DNA from: Chitinophagales bacterium
GTDB taxonomy: Bacteria; Bacteroidota; Bacteroidia; Chitinophagales; JADIYW01
DNA length: 64,000 bases
Direction of reading: 5' to 3'
Assembly (NCBI GenBank): GCA_035438465.1
Contig: DAORIK010000003.1
Location: 4,886 to 68,885, forward strand
Part shown: piece after piece, positions 27,967 to 36,881 of the stretch
Layout of the letters: each line of letters starts with the position of its first letter
Position numbering within the stretch: position 1 is the stretch's first letter
Notes under the pieces: generated by a model
Database searches by the model: none
Told to the model about the DNA's origin: nothing
The model's input: only the letters and a program-made list of their open reading frames with translations
Position numbers and translations under genes: made by a program

Positions 27967-30315
27967 TTATTTTATTGAAACAACCGTTTTGCCATCATTT
28001 TGTACTAATAATATTTTCCCTTTGTAAACACTGCCCATTTGGTCATAACTGACGGGTAAAACTTGTTTGCCTGTTTTATCCAGCAACCCTAATTTTTTGT
28101 CTTTACCTGCTTTTATATATCCGTTTTTACAGTTATCTCCGCTGTCATATATAAATCCGGTAAGAGCCTTGTTATTGCTTGTGTTTACCAATCCCCATTT
28201 ACCGTCTTTTTTTGCCCATGCAATACCTTCGTTAGCGGGTGTTATATCCTGATACTTGAAATCTATTATTGTCTTGCCGGTTTCATCAATCAATCCAAAT
28301 GTAGTTCCTTTTTGTACAGGATAGGTTCCATTTGACGGATTTCCTGCACCATTGTAAACGTCTCTACCAATTTTCTCACCTTTTTTATTTATAAGATAGT
28401 ATTCATTTGCATCTTTCACAATTGCTGTACCATTATAAAATACAGATGCCACATCAAACTTAAATGGTATGACTACTTTACCTGTGGTATCAATAAATCC
28501 TACTTTATTATCTTTTTTGACACCGGCTACAAACTCTGAAAAATTCCCAACTTCATCATACTTTTCGCTGTTTATTTTCTTTCCGCTTTTGTCTATAAAA
28601 TAATATTTAGACGGATAGGATTCTTTGATATAAGCTCTGCCATTTTTGAAATCACCGCACTCTATTGCATTTGAAATGGAAAACGAGTTTCCATTTTTAT
28701 CATAAAAATAGCGAGTACTTCCATAGGAGGCTTTTGCTTTTGCCAGGCCTTCACTGAAGGGACCTTCGTAGATATTGTATAATTCTTTTATTTTTGTAAA
28801 ATTCTTATCCACTAAATAAGGTGTGCTATAGGTGCTTTCCTGTACGGCAGCAATTCCTTCAGAAAAATTGACAACTGAGTAATATGTTTTTGTATTCAAC
28901 TTTTTTCCGGTATAGTCTATAAAATCATACGAGCTGTATGATTTTCCTATAAAAATTCCTTCTTCATTAAAGTCACCAACTTCATTATATGGTAGAAGTT
29001 GCTTTTTTTGTGTAGCAATATCAAACAAGTAAGCACTTTTATTAAAACTAATTTTTAGTGAATCATCGTTACTAAAGAACTCCGTACCATAAGTAGAAGT
29101 ATTATCCTGTTGTATGGTTTTTAATAATCTTCCGGTCTCATTGTATATTTCAAGTTTATCTTTAAATATTAATGCCAGCTTGTTCTTTCTGCCGAAAATC
29201 ACATTCGTAGCACCATGTTCCGGTATAATTATTTTTAAGGATTTATCTATTACGGTATATTTATTGTCTTTCTTAAGATAAGATAACCCAAAATCCGTGA
29301 ATGTATTAATGTAATCGTATTCTTCTTTGGTTACGATTTTTGCATTTTTATCTACTAAACTATACTTTAAACCCTTACTTGCTTCATAAAAATCAGTTCC
29401 GTATTTTTTATTTATCGCTGAGTATTCTATCGGTAATGTCACATTACCATTAAAATCTATGATTCCATATCTGGTAACTGTTATATAACTTTCCTTTGTG
29501 ATTTCTTTTACCACAAAAAAATTATCTTCCACTGTTATGTAATCATATTTTAATGGAACTATTTCTTTACCTGTTTTATCTATTACACCAGCGTTATCGC
29601 TGTTAAGTGAATAATTTCTGGTGGTAAAGACTACTGCAAAATTATCTTTAAAGTCATTTCCACGCAGAAATTTTGGTGGAATAACCCATTTATTATTCTT
29701 GTCAATATATCCATAATAAGTAGCATCAAGCAAAGACATACAAGCAAGTCCGCTTTTAAATTGGGATGCACTTCTGTATATCGCAGGAATTACTTCTTTA
29801 TTATTTTTATCAATAAACCCATAGCCTTTGTCTTTACTAAAGCAGATAAATCCTTCAGATGGCGTACCTAAAAACTTATACTGAATGGGAATAATTATTT
29901 TACCCGTTTTATCAACAGCTCCATAAAGTGACAATCCATCTGAACTCTTTTTAGACACCGTACTTAAACCATCCGAGAATGTCTTAATTTCACTATACTC
30001 ATTGTTCAGGATAAATGAATTTGATTTTACAGAATAGATTCCCCATCTTTTTAATGTATCTTCCACAATAAATATTCCCTCTTCATTAGAATTCCAGATG
30101 GTTCTGTATTTTAACGGAAGTATTATCTTTTTAGCCACTTCATCATATAATCCATAACGGTATTGTGTCTTATAATCATAACTGCTTGTCCCACTAAACG
30201 AATAATAAACAGATGTTATCCCGTTTTTATGTTTCGTGCCAAAATTAAAATCAGTTTGTGCGCATAATGCCATAGTCGCCAGCATAAAACCCGTAACTAC
30301 CAGAATCTTCTTCAT
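27967..30315 (-). CDS. WG repeat-containing protein
   Basis: Signal peptide, then about 20 copies of a ~35-aa repeat (G.ID..GK.VIP..YD....F..G.A.V...GKWG.I). Confidence 0.8.
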   Translation of the reverse strand: MKKILVVTGFMLATMALCAQTDFNFGTKHKNGITSVYYSFSGTSSYDYKTQYRYGLYDEVAKKIILPLKYRTIWNSNEEGIFIVEDTLKRWGIYSVKSNSFILNNEYSEIKTFSDGLSTVSKKSSDGLSLYGAVDKTGKIIIPIQYKFLGTPSEGFICFSKDKGYGFIDKNNKEVIPAIYRSASQFKSGLACMSLLDATYYGYIDKNNKWVIPPKFLRGNDFKDNFAVVFTTRNYSLNSDNAGVIDKTGKEIVPLKYDYITVEDNFFVVKEITKESYITVTRYGIIDFNGNVTLPIEYSAINKKYGTDFYEASKGLKYSLVDKNAKIVTKEEYDYINTFTDFGLSYLKKDNKYTVIDKSLKIIIPEHGATNVIFGRKNKLALIFKDKLEIYNETGRLLKTIQQDNTSTYGTEFFSNDDSLKISFNKSAYLFDIATQKKQLLPYNEVGDFNEEGIFIGKSYSSYDFIDYTGKKLNTKTYYSVVNFSEGIAAVQESTYSTPYLVDKNFTKIKELYNIYEGPFSEGLAKAKASYGSTRYFYDKNGNSFSISNAIECGDFKNGRAYIKESYPSKYYFIDKSGKKINSEKYDEVGNFSEFVAGVKKDNKVGFIDTTGKVVIPFKFDVASVFYNGTAIVKDANEYYLINKKGEKIGRDVYNGAGNPSNGTYPVQKGTTFGLIDETGKTIIDFKYQDITPANEGIAWAKKDGKWGLVNTSNNKALTGFIYDSGDNCKNGYIKAGKDKKLGLLDKTGKQVLPVSYDQMGSVYKGKILLVQNDGKTVVSIK

Positions 30316-30447
30316 AATATACCGTTTAACATAATTTATTCAAATTACATACCAAAAAGTAGAAGTAAAATACGTGATTTCAGGTATTTATTTCTGTATT
30401 TAAGTTAAATATAATTTTTAAACTTCTAAATTATCAAAATCTCAAAT

Positions 30448-30455
30448 TATCTTTG
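30448..30455 (+). promoter_or_regulatory. candidate -7 box TATCTTTG for glyQS
   Basis: TAnnTTTG. Its TTG equals the ORF-track start at 30453, and the ATG is at 30462. Confidence 0.4.
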
Positions 30456-30461
30456 CGCATT

Positions 30462-31982
30462 ATGGCAGAGATTGATTTACAAAAAATTGTATCACATTGT
30501 AAAGAATACGGGTTTATTTTTCCGTCGAGTGAAATTTATGACAACTTAGGTGCCGTGTACGACTATGGTCCGTTTGGTGCTGAGCTCAAAAACCACATCA
30601 AAGAATACTGGTGGAAAAGCATGGTACAAATGCACGAAAATATTGTCGGTATTGATGCTGCCATCTTTATGCATCCAACTGTTTGGAAAGCGAGCGGACA
30701 TGTCGATTCATTTTCCGATCCGTTAATAGACAATAAAGATTCTAAAAAACGATACCGGGCAGATGTTTTACTGGAAGAAAAAATTGATAAGTTAAAAGAG
30801 AAAGGGGAAAAAGAACTCGCCAAAAAGAATTTATTAGACGCCTCTGAAGAAGAAAAAGCGAAAGCATCAAGAGATTATGCAAAAGGATTAACTTTAGAAG
30901 CTGCATACATAAAGGCTGCTGAAGCATCCGATTTTAAACGATACAAAGAATTGATTGAAGAATATGAGATTGTATGCGAGGTCTCAGGTTCAAAAAACTG
31001 GACAGATGTGCGTCAATTCAATCTGATGTTTGACACACAATTAGGTTCTGTGTCTGAAGAATCTAACACTATTTATTTACGACCTGAAACAGCACAAGGC
31101 ATTTTTGTCAACTTTTTAAACGTGCAAAAAACGGCTCGTATGAAAATTCCGTTTGGCATTGCACAAATCGGAAAAGCCTTTAGAAATGAGATTGTAGCAC
31201 GACAATTTATTTTCCGTATGCGAGAGTTTGAACAGATGGAAATGCAGTTTTTTGTTCGCCCCGGCACACAAAAAGAGTGGTTCGACAAATGGAAACAAAC
31301 CAGATTAAAATGGCATTTAGCATTAGGTACTTCAGAAAACAATTTGCGGTTTCATGTTCACGAAAAATTAGCACACTATGCGGATGCTGCTGAAGATATA
31401 CAATTCAAATTCCCAATTGGTTTTAAAGAATTAGAAGGTATTCACTCCAGAACAGATTTTGATTTATCAGAACACCAAAAATATTCCGGCAAAAAATTAC
31501 AGTATTTTGATTCCGAGTTGAATCAGAATTATGTGCCATATGTTATAGAAACTTCAATTGGTTTAGACAGGATGTTTTTACGTTTAATGAGTGAATCGTT
31601 GAAAGAAGAAACATTAGAAAACGGCGAAACAAGAACGGTTTTAAGCCTACCACCTGCTTTGGCTCCGATTAAAGTAGCTGTATTACCATTGGTAAAAAAA
31701 GACGGTCTGCCTGAAAAAGCCCGCGAAATCATAGATGTATTGAAGTTTGTAGGCAGAACGTTTTACGAAGAAAAAGACTCTATTGGTAAACGCTACAGAA
31801 GAATGGATGCTCTAGGAACACCTTATTGTATTACCGTTGACCATCAAACTCTAGAAGATAATACTGTTACGATTCGTGAGCGTGACAGTATGCAGCAAGA
31901 CAGAATTGCCATTTCAGAAATTGAAAAAATTGTTGGCGCAAAAGTTGATATGAATAACTTATTGAGAAAAGCAATCAGTTAA
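30462..31982 (+). CDS. glyQS: glycine--tRNA ligase (class II, homodimeric type)
   Basis: YGFIFPSSEIYDNLGAVYDYGPFG, RPETAQGIFVNF, GKAFRNEI, and a C-terminal anticodon-binding domain. Confidence 0.95.
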   Translation: MAEIDLQKIVSHCKEYGFIFPSSEIYDNLGAVYDYGPFGAELKNHIKEYWWKSMVQMHENIVGIDAAIFMHPTVWKASGHVDSFSDPLIDNKDSKKRYRADVLLEEKIDKLKEKGEKELAKKNLLDASEEEKAKASRDYAKGLTLEAAYIKAAEASDFKRYKELIEEYEIVCEVSGSKNWTDVRQFNLMFDTQLGSVSEESNTIYLRPETAQGIFVNFLNVQKTARMKIPFGIAQIGKAFRNEIVARQFIFRMREFEQMEMQFFVRPGTQKEWFDKWKQTRLKWHLALGTSENNLRFHVHEKLAHYADAAEDIQFKFPIGFKELEGIHSRTDFDLSEHQKYSGKKLQYFDSELNQNYVPYVIETSIGLDRMFLRLMSESLKEETLENGETRTVLSLPPALAPIKVAVLPLVKKDGLPEKAREIIDVLKFVGRTFYEEKDSIGKRYRRMDALGTPYCITVDHQTLEDNTVTIRERDSMQQDRIAISEIEKIVGAKVDMNNLLRKAIS

Positions 31983-31992
31983 CAATCTATCG

Positions 31993-32487
31993 TTGCAATC
32001 CTCCTGTTTTTTGAATAAAAAACAAGCTATCATTAAAAAAAAAGTATACATATTACTTCTTATTCTTTCAACAGGAACTTGTCTTGCGGGAAATCCTATG
32101 TTTCGCGGAACATGGAAAGGATACATCTTATCAAAAAGTTTGGATGATGATAACAAAAAAGGATTACCGGTTACACTCTATATTGTTGATGATAATGATG
32201 CAGGTGATTTAGTCGGCGAAATGTCTATTCAATACAAATACCAGACTGATATTTATAAAGCGAAATACAAAGTAAGCGGCAGTATTGATTATGATGAATA
32301 CACTATGTATATCAGACAGGAAAAACTTGTCTACTATGACTTACTGCCTAAAGGATTACAATGGTGCTTCGGCAGCGGCAATTATAAAATATTCAGAAAT
32401 TCTTACAAGAAAAAAATCTATATCGACGGATATATGACTACTGATTGCGGCAATGAAAAAATCAGGATGATTTTAATTAAAAAATAA
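31993..32487 (+). CDS. hypothetical secreted protein
   Basis: The ORF has only non-ATG starts near the 5' end. It has a hydrophobic leader (VYILLLILSTGTCLA). The start is uncertain. Confidence 0.45.
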   Translation: MQSSCFLNKKQAIIKKKVYILLLILSTGTCLAGNPMFRGTWKGYILSKSLDDDNKKGLPVTLYIVDDNDAGDLVGEMSIQYKYQTDIYKAKYKVSGSIDYDEYTMYIRQEKLVYYDLLPKGLQWCFGSGNYKIFRNSYKKKIYIDGYMTTDCGNEKIRMILIKK

Positions 32488-32576
32488 ATCTTTTCACTCT
32501 TTCTGTCAGAATCTTATTTAAATATTTTTCCAATTATTTGATTATAGTTATATTTATACTATAACACACTAATCAG

Positions 32577-33479
32577 ATGCAAAAATCAATCAATTTTCTT
32601 ATCCTGTTTTTTTCTGTTGTTTTCATTTTTTCCTGTAAAAAGGAAGAAGAGAGCTACCCGGATATGCCAAATGCCGGTGAAATAAAAGCGTTAACCTATA
32701 ATGTTGCCGGATTACCGGAAGGAGTAAATCCGGACCAGCACCCTACGAAACATATGCAGCTGGTGAGTCCGTTATTAAACGCATATGATTTGGTAAACGT
32801 ACAGGAAGATTTTTTTTATCATGATTCATTGTATAAATACATCAACCTTCCATACAAAAGCACCTACTTTGCCAAACCGGGTGAATTAGGAGACGGATTA
32901 AATTGTGTATCTAATATTCCATTCATCGATTTTACCAGAATTACATGGGATTCCTGCAATGGTTTTGATTGTTTTACACCAAAGGGTTTTACGTACAGTC
33001 GTCTGCGATTTAATAAAAATGTATTTGTAGATTTATATAATGTACACTGTAATGCTGGTGACGATTCAGGTGATTTAAGAGCGAGGAGAAGTAATATTTT
33101 ACAACTCTGCAATTATATAGATTTACACTCTGCCGGGAATGCAATTATTCTGATGGGTGATTTCAACTGCAGATATACACGTTTGGGCGATAATATTCGT
33201 GAAGTGGATAACAGAGGATTAAAAAATGTATGGGTGGAATTATTAAGAAGTGGAGTTCTGCCGTTACAGGATGGAAACTCGTTAACCGATTGTTCTCCAG
33301 ATGCGACGAATGCCACCTGCGAGGTGGTGGATAAAATTTATTACAGGAGCAGTTCAAAAATTACATTAACACCAACAGCATATCAATTAGACGATCCGCT
33401 TTATTATGATTCATTAGGAGATCCTTTATCTGATCACAGACCTATGTATGCAAAATTTACTTACCAGGTACTACCTTAA
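32577..33479 (+). CDS. endonuclease/exonuclease/phosphatase family lipoprotein
   Basis: Lipobox IFSCKK. EEP motifs are LTYNV, VQEDF, MGDFN and LSDHRP. Confidence 0.8.
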   Translation: MQKSINFLILFFSVVFIFSCKKEEESYPDMPNAGEIKALTYNVAGLPEGVNPDQHPTKHMQLVSPLLNAYDLVNVQEDFFYHDSLYKYINLPYKSTYFAKPGELGDGLNCVSNIPFIDFTRITWDSCNGFDCFTPKGFTYSRLRFNKNVFVDLYNVHCNAGDDSGDLRARRSNILQLCNYIDLHSAGNAIILMGDFNCRYTRLGDNIREVDNRGLKNVWVELLRSGVLPLQDGNSLTDCSPDATNATCEVVDKIYYRSSSKITLTPTAYQLDDPLYYDSLGDPLSDHRPMYAKFTYQVLP

Positions 33480-33482
33480 CGT

Positions 33483-34250
33483 CTATATGTTTAGTGACAA
33501 ATAAATAGTATTTGCTTTTATTAATTCTTCCTGCGAACCAATATCTATCCATATATCATCATTGTGACGGAAAGCTTTAATTATATGGTCTCTGCATATA
33601 TCCAGATACCAGTCTATCATAGAAAATTTCCCTTCCTTGTTATTATATTTAAAAATTTCAGGCGAAATAATATGGTAGCCGCTAAAAGCAAATTCATGTA
33701 AGGGGTACGTTTCGTGTTGTGCAAGTTTTTCTTTTACGTGTAGCGGAATTTTTCTTGGAATTCGTACTTCATGTGTTTTGACATTTTCCCAGCCAAATAA
33801 AATGTTATCATCATCAAACAACAAATATCTGGAAGATACTCTGTTCCGTACTGCCAGTGTAGCTATTGCATTACTATGTAAATGTTGCTGATAAAATTTT
33901 TCTAAATGAATATTGGTGAAAATGTCAGCATTACAAATCAGAAAGGGCTTATCATCATTGAAAAAATGCCTGGCTTTCCACAAGCCACCACCAGTCTCTA
34001 AAACCTCCTCTGTTTCATCGGAAATCTCAATACGAATGCCGAAATTATTATGCTGCTGCAAAAACTCTCTTATTTGATTTCCTAAGTAATGAATATTTAC
34101 AATGACTTCATCAAATCCATGTTTGATTAAATGCTCAATCGTATGTTGCAACATAGGCTTATCACCTACTTTTACTAATGCTTTCGGACAAGTATCAGTT
34201 AAAGGCTTTAGCCTTGTTCCTAATCCTGCTGCGAAAATCATTGCTTTCAT
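33483..34250 (-). CDS. murU: sugar-1-phosphate nucleotidyltransferase (MurU-like)
   Basis: MIFAAGLGTRLKPLTDTCPKALV N-terminal motif. Lies immediately downstream of an AmgK-like kinase. The symbol is tentative. Confidence 0.75.
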   Translation of the reverse strand: MKAMIFAAGLGTRLKPLTDTCPKALVKVGDKPMLQHTIEHLIKHGFDEVIVNIHYLGNQIREFLQQHNNFGIRIEISDETEEVLETGGGLWKARHFFNDDKPFLICNADIFTNIHLEKFYQQHLHSNAIATLAVRNRVSSRYLLFDDDNILFGWENVKTHEVRIPRKIPLHVKEKLAQHETYPLHEFAFSGYHIISPEIFKYNNKEGKFSMIDWYLDICRDHIIKAFRHNDDIWIDIGSQEELIKANTIYLSLNI

Positions 34251-34254
34251 GTAC

Positions 34255-35682
34255 TTAAATAAATTGTCCCTGTAATTCTCTTTCGATGTGTTTTAATTGC
34301 ACCTCTATGTTGTATTTCTCTTTGATGTATTTTGCTGTTTGTTCCGCACAATAAACACTGCGGTGTTGGCCACCTGTACAACCAAAGTTTATTTGCAAAT
34401 GCTCAAAATCTCTTTGCAAATAATCCTGAATATTGATATCAATTACCTTGTAAACGTTTTCCAAAAATTCTTTTACCTTACTCTTCGCTTCCAGAAACTC
34501 AATTACATGTTTATCTTTTCCTGTATGTTGTTTATACGGCTCATATCTCCCGGGATTGTGCAATCCTCTGCAATCAAATACAAATCCTCCACCATTTCCT
34601 GTAGTATCTTCCGGTATTCCGCGCTTATAAGAAAAGCTATTCACTACAATCTTTAAAGGTTTTTCAGAACCATCGAACTTTTCCACTTTAAATGTATCTG
34701 AAACAATTAATTGTTGCAACACATTAGTCAGCTCCGGTAATTCAATCTTTAGTTTAATATTTTCTAAAAACCATCTCACGTTTTCCAGTGCCGGTTGTAT
34801 GCTTTCAATGAAATGACTGCGTTTTTCTATCAACCCACGAAAGCCATACGCACCTAATACCTGCAACATCCGTATCAAAACAAATGCATAGTAGCGCTCT
34901 TTAAAATCTTCTCTATTGATAAAAATTAATGCAGCAACTTTTTTTGTGTAATAGTCGAATAATTCTTCTCGTACATCATACGGGATTTTTGCACCTGCTT
35001 GCCATAATAAAGAAGCTACATCATATTGCAATGGGCCTTTTCTGCCACCCTGATAATCTATAAAATAAGGTTTGCCTTCATGTATCATTACATTTCGCGA
35101 CTGGCAATCACGAAACATAAAATACTGATTGGGTTCTTGGAGCAAATATTCGCAGAGAGTGTGAAAGTCTTCATTTAAATCAATTTCACTAAAGTGCGCT
35201 CTGGCAACACGTGCAAAATAATATTTAAACGAATTCAAATCCCAAAACATGGAACTTCTGTTGAATTCCTGAATCGGATAACAGGTTGCAAAATTAAAAT
35301 GCTCAGCCCCTCGAATTTGCAGATATGTAAGTTGTTGCAATACTTCTTTCAACTGTTTTTTTACATCTTCTGTAATTCCTTCTTTTTTGATAATAGAATA
35401 CAAAGATGTATCACCTAAATCCTGCTGCAAATAATATTGTTTATCATCACTTGCGATAAGAACCTGCGGAACTGATATAAATTTAAGATGAAAATGTTTG
35501 GTGTGATGAATAAAGGTTTCATTTTCCTTGGAATCCTTTCCATACGTACCGATAGCAGAATGATTATCATTTTTTAATCTGAAATAAATTCTGTCTGAAC
35601 CGGCTTGTGGCAACTGAATAACTGCCGTACAATCTTCATTGAAATACACACTAAAAAGATTCTTTAATATTTGCTCATGCAT
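34255..35682 (-). CDS. fusion protein: AmgK-like (APH-fold) sugar kinase plus RapZ C-terminal domain
   Basis: The N-terminal ~330 aa carry the APH/choline-kinase motifs FRDCQSRNVMI and YFIDYQGG. The C-terminal ~140 aa read SFSYKRGIPED...FVFDCRGLHNPGR...TGKDKHVIEFL...INFGCTGGQHRSVYCAEQ. This aligns motif-for-motif with the RapZ/YvcJ C-terminal domain. Confidence 0.8.
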   Translation of the reverse strand: MHEQILKNLFSVYFNEDCTAVIQLPQAGSDRIYFRLKNDNHSAIGTYGKDSKENETFIHHTKHFHLKFISVPQVLIASDDKQYYLQQDLGDTSLYSIIKKEGITEDVKKQLKEVLQQLTYLQIRGAEHFNFATCYPIQEFNRSSMFWDLNSFKYYFARVARAHFSEIDLNEDFHTLCEYLLQEPNQYFMFRDCQSRNVMIHEGKPYFIDYQGGRKGPLQYDVASLLWQAGAKIPYDVREELFDYYTKKVAALIFINREDFKERYYAFVLIRMLQVLGAYGFRGLIEKRSHFIESIQPALENVRWFLENIKLKIELPELTNVLQQLIVSDTFKVEKFDGSEKPLKIVVNSFSYKRGIPEDTTGNGGGFVFDCRGLHNPGRYEPYKQHTGKDKHVIEFLEAKSKVKEFLENVYKVIDINIQDYLQRDFEHLQINFGCTGGQHRSVYCAEQTAKYIKEKYNIEVQLKHIERELQGQFI

Positions 35683-35686
35683 ACTA

Positions 35687-35694
35687 CAAATATA
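35687..35694 (-). promoter_or_regulatory. candidate -7 box TATATTTG for the amgK-like/murU-like operon
   Basis: The plus strand reads CAAATATA. The final G is 5 nt from the A of the ATG at 35682. Confidence 0.4.
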
Positions 35695-35769
35695 ATGATA
35701 AGTAATAAGTTGAATAGTATTAAATAAAAAGGAATTTCAACTAATAGTAAATATTAATAAAAAGATTTA

Positions 35770-36765
35770 TCACTCTTTTATCTTAACAATAATCTTACCG
35801 AACTGGTCGCCATTTTTCATTCTGTCGAAAGCAGCTACCGCATCTTTAAAATCAAATGTTTTATCCAGAATAGGTATTATCTGATGCTCGTTGCAGAAGT
35901 CTGTCATCCTGCTGAAATCATTATCACTGCCCATGGTAGAACCTAATAATTGCAGGTGATTCCAAAAAATCTGCCGCATATTTAAATCTTTAGGTAAACC
36001 CTTAGTTGCACCATAAAACACAAATTTTCCGGTTGGTTTTAATGTTGATATTAATTCATTCATACCATCACCACAAGCACTGTCAATAATTACATCAAAA
36101 CCGCCTATCCCTTTTGCAAGCTGCCTGACTGCATTTTCTTTTGTATAGTTTGCAGCATCTTTTGCGCCTAAATTTTTACAAGTTTCCAGCACACTTTCTT
36201 TACTCGATGTAACATACACATTACAACCTATTGCTTTTGCAAATAAAAATGCAAATTGTGCCACTCCACCGCCTACGCCCGAAATCAGCACATTCATTTC
36301 TTTTTTTATTTTGCCTTTATTAAAAAGTGCATTGTATGCAGTCATTCCAGCCAAAGGCAAAGCACTTGCCTGTTCACTCGTCAGATAAGTTGGTTTCTCA
36401 TGTAACCTATCAACAGAAACGACAATATATTCTGCCAAAGTACCATGAGATGGCATACCCAGAATCTGATATTCTTTCGATTGAAAATGCGAATTGTTTC
36501 CCCAGTTGATATTCGGGTTAATTATAACTTCTTTTCCAATCCAGTGTTTATCTTTTTCATCTGAAACCACCATTACCTCACCGCATCCATCCGAGCCTAA
36601 AATAGCGGGTAATTGTATCTTTGCATACTGGCCTTCACGAATCCACTGGTCACGGTGATTGAGTGCGGCGTAGTGAATCTTTATGAGAGCCTGATGTTCT
36701 CCTACCGATGGTGTAGTTACTTCTTCGAGTTGAAAAGAGTTAGTGTTTAATACGAGTGCCTGCAT
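35770..36765 (-). CDS. zinc-type alcohol dehydrogenase / quinone oxidoreductase (MDR family)
   Basis: 331 aa with a GroES-like N-terminal domain and the Rossmann motif ISGVGGGVAQFA. Confidence 0.9.
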   Translation of the reverse strand: MQALVLNTNSFQLEEVTTPSVGEHQALIKIHYAALNHRDQWIREGQYAKIQLPAILGSDGCGEVMVVSDEKDKHWIGKEVIINPNINWGNNSHFQSKEYQILGMPSHGTLAEYIVVSVDRLHEKPTYLTSEQASALPLAGMTAYNALFNKGKIKKEMNVLISGVGGGVAQFAFLFAKAIGCNVYVTSSKESVLETCKNLGAKDAANYTKENAVRQLAKGIGGFDVIIDSACGDGMNELISTLKPTGKFVFYGATKGLPKDLNMRQIFWNHLQLLGSTMGSDNDFSRMTDFCNEHQIIPILDKTFDFKDAVAAFDRMKNGDQFGKIIVKIKE

Positions 36766-36824
36766 ATTATTTTTATTAATTCGTAAATCTACAACTTATT
36801 AATATTTACTTAACGGTATCTTTT

Positions 36825-36854
36825 TGGAAACTTTAAAACCTTTTTAAGTTTCCA
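36825..36854. promoter_or_regulatory. candidate TetR operator (inverted repeat)
   Basis: TGGAAACTT, a 12-nt spacer, AAGTTTCCA. It lies just upstream of the -7 box of the TetR-efflux operon. Confidence 0.3.
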
Positions 36855-36867
36855 GCGTTTATTGTTG

Positions 36868-36875
36868 TAAATTTG
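36868..36875 (+). promoter_or_regulatory. candidate -7 box TAAATTTG for the TetR-RND operon
   Basis: TAnnTTTG. Its TTG equals the ORF-track start at 36873, and the ATG is at 36882. Confidence 0.4.
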
Positions 36876-36881
36876 CCACCC

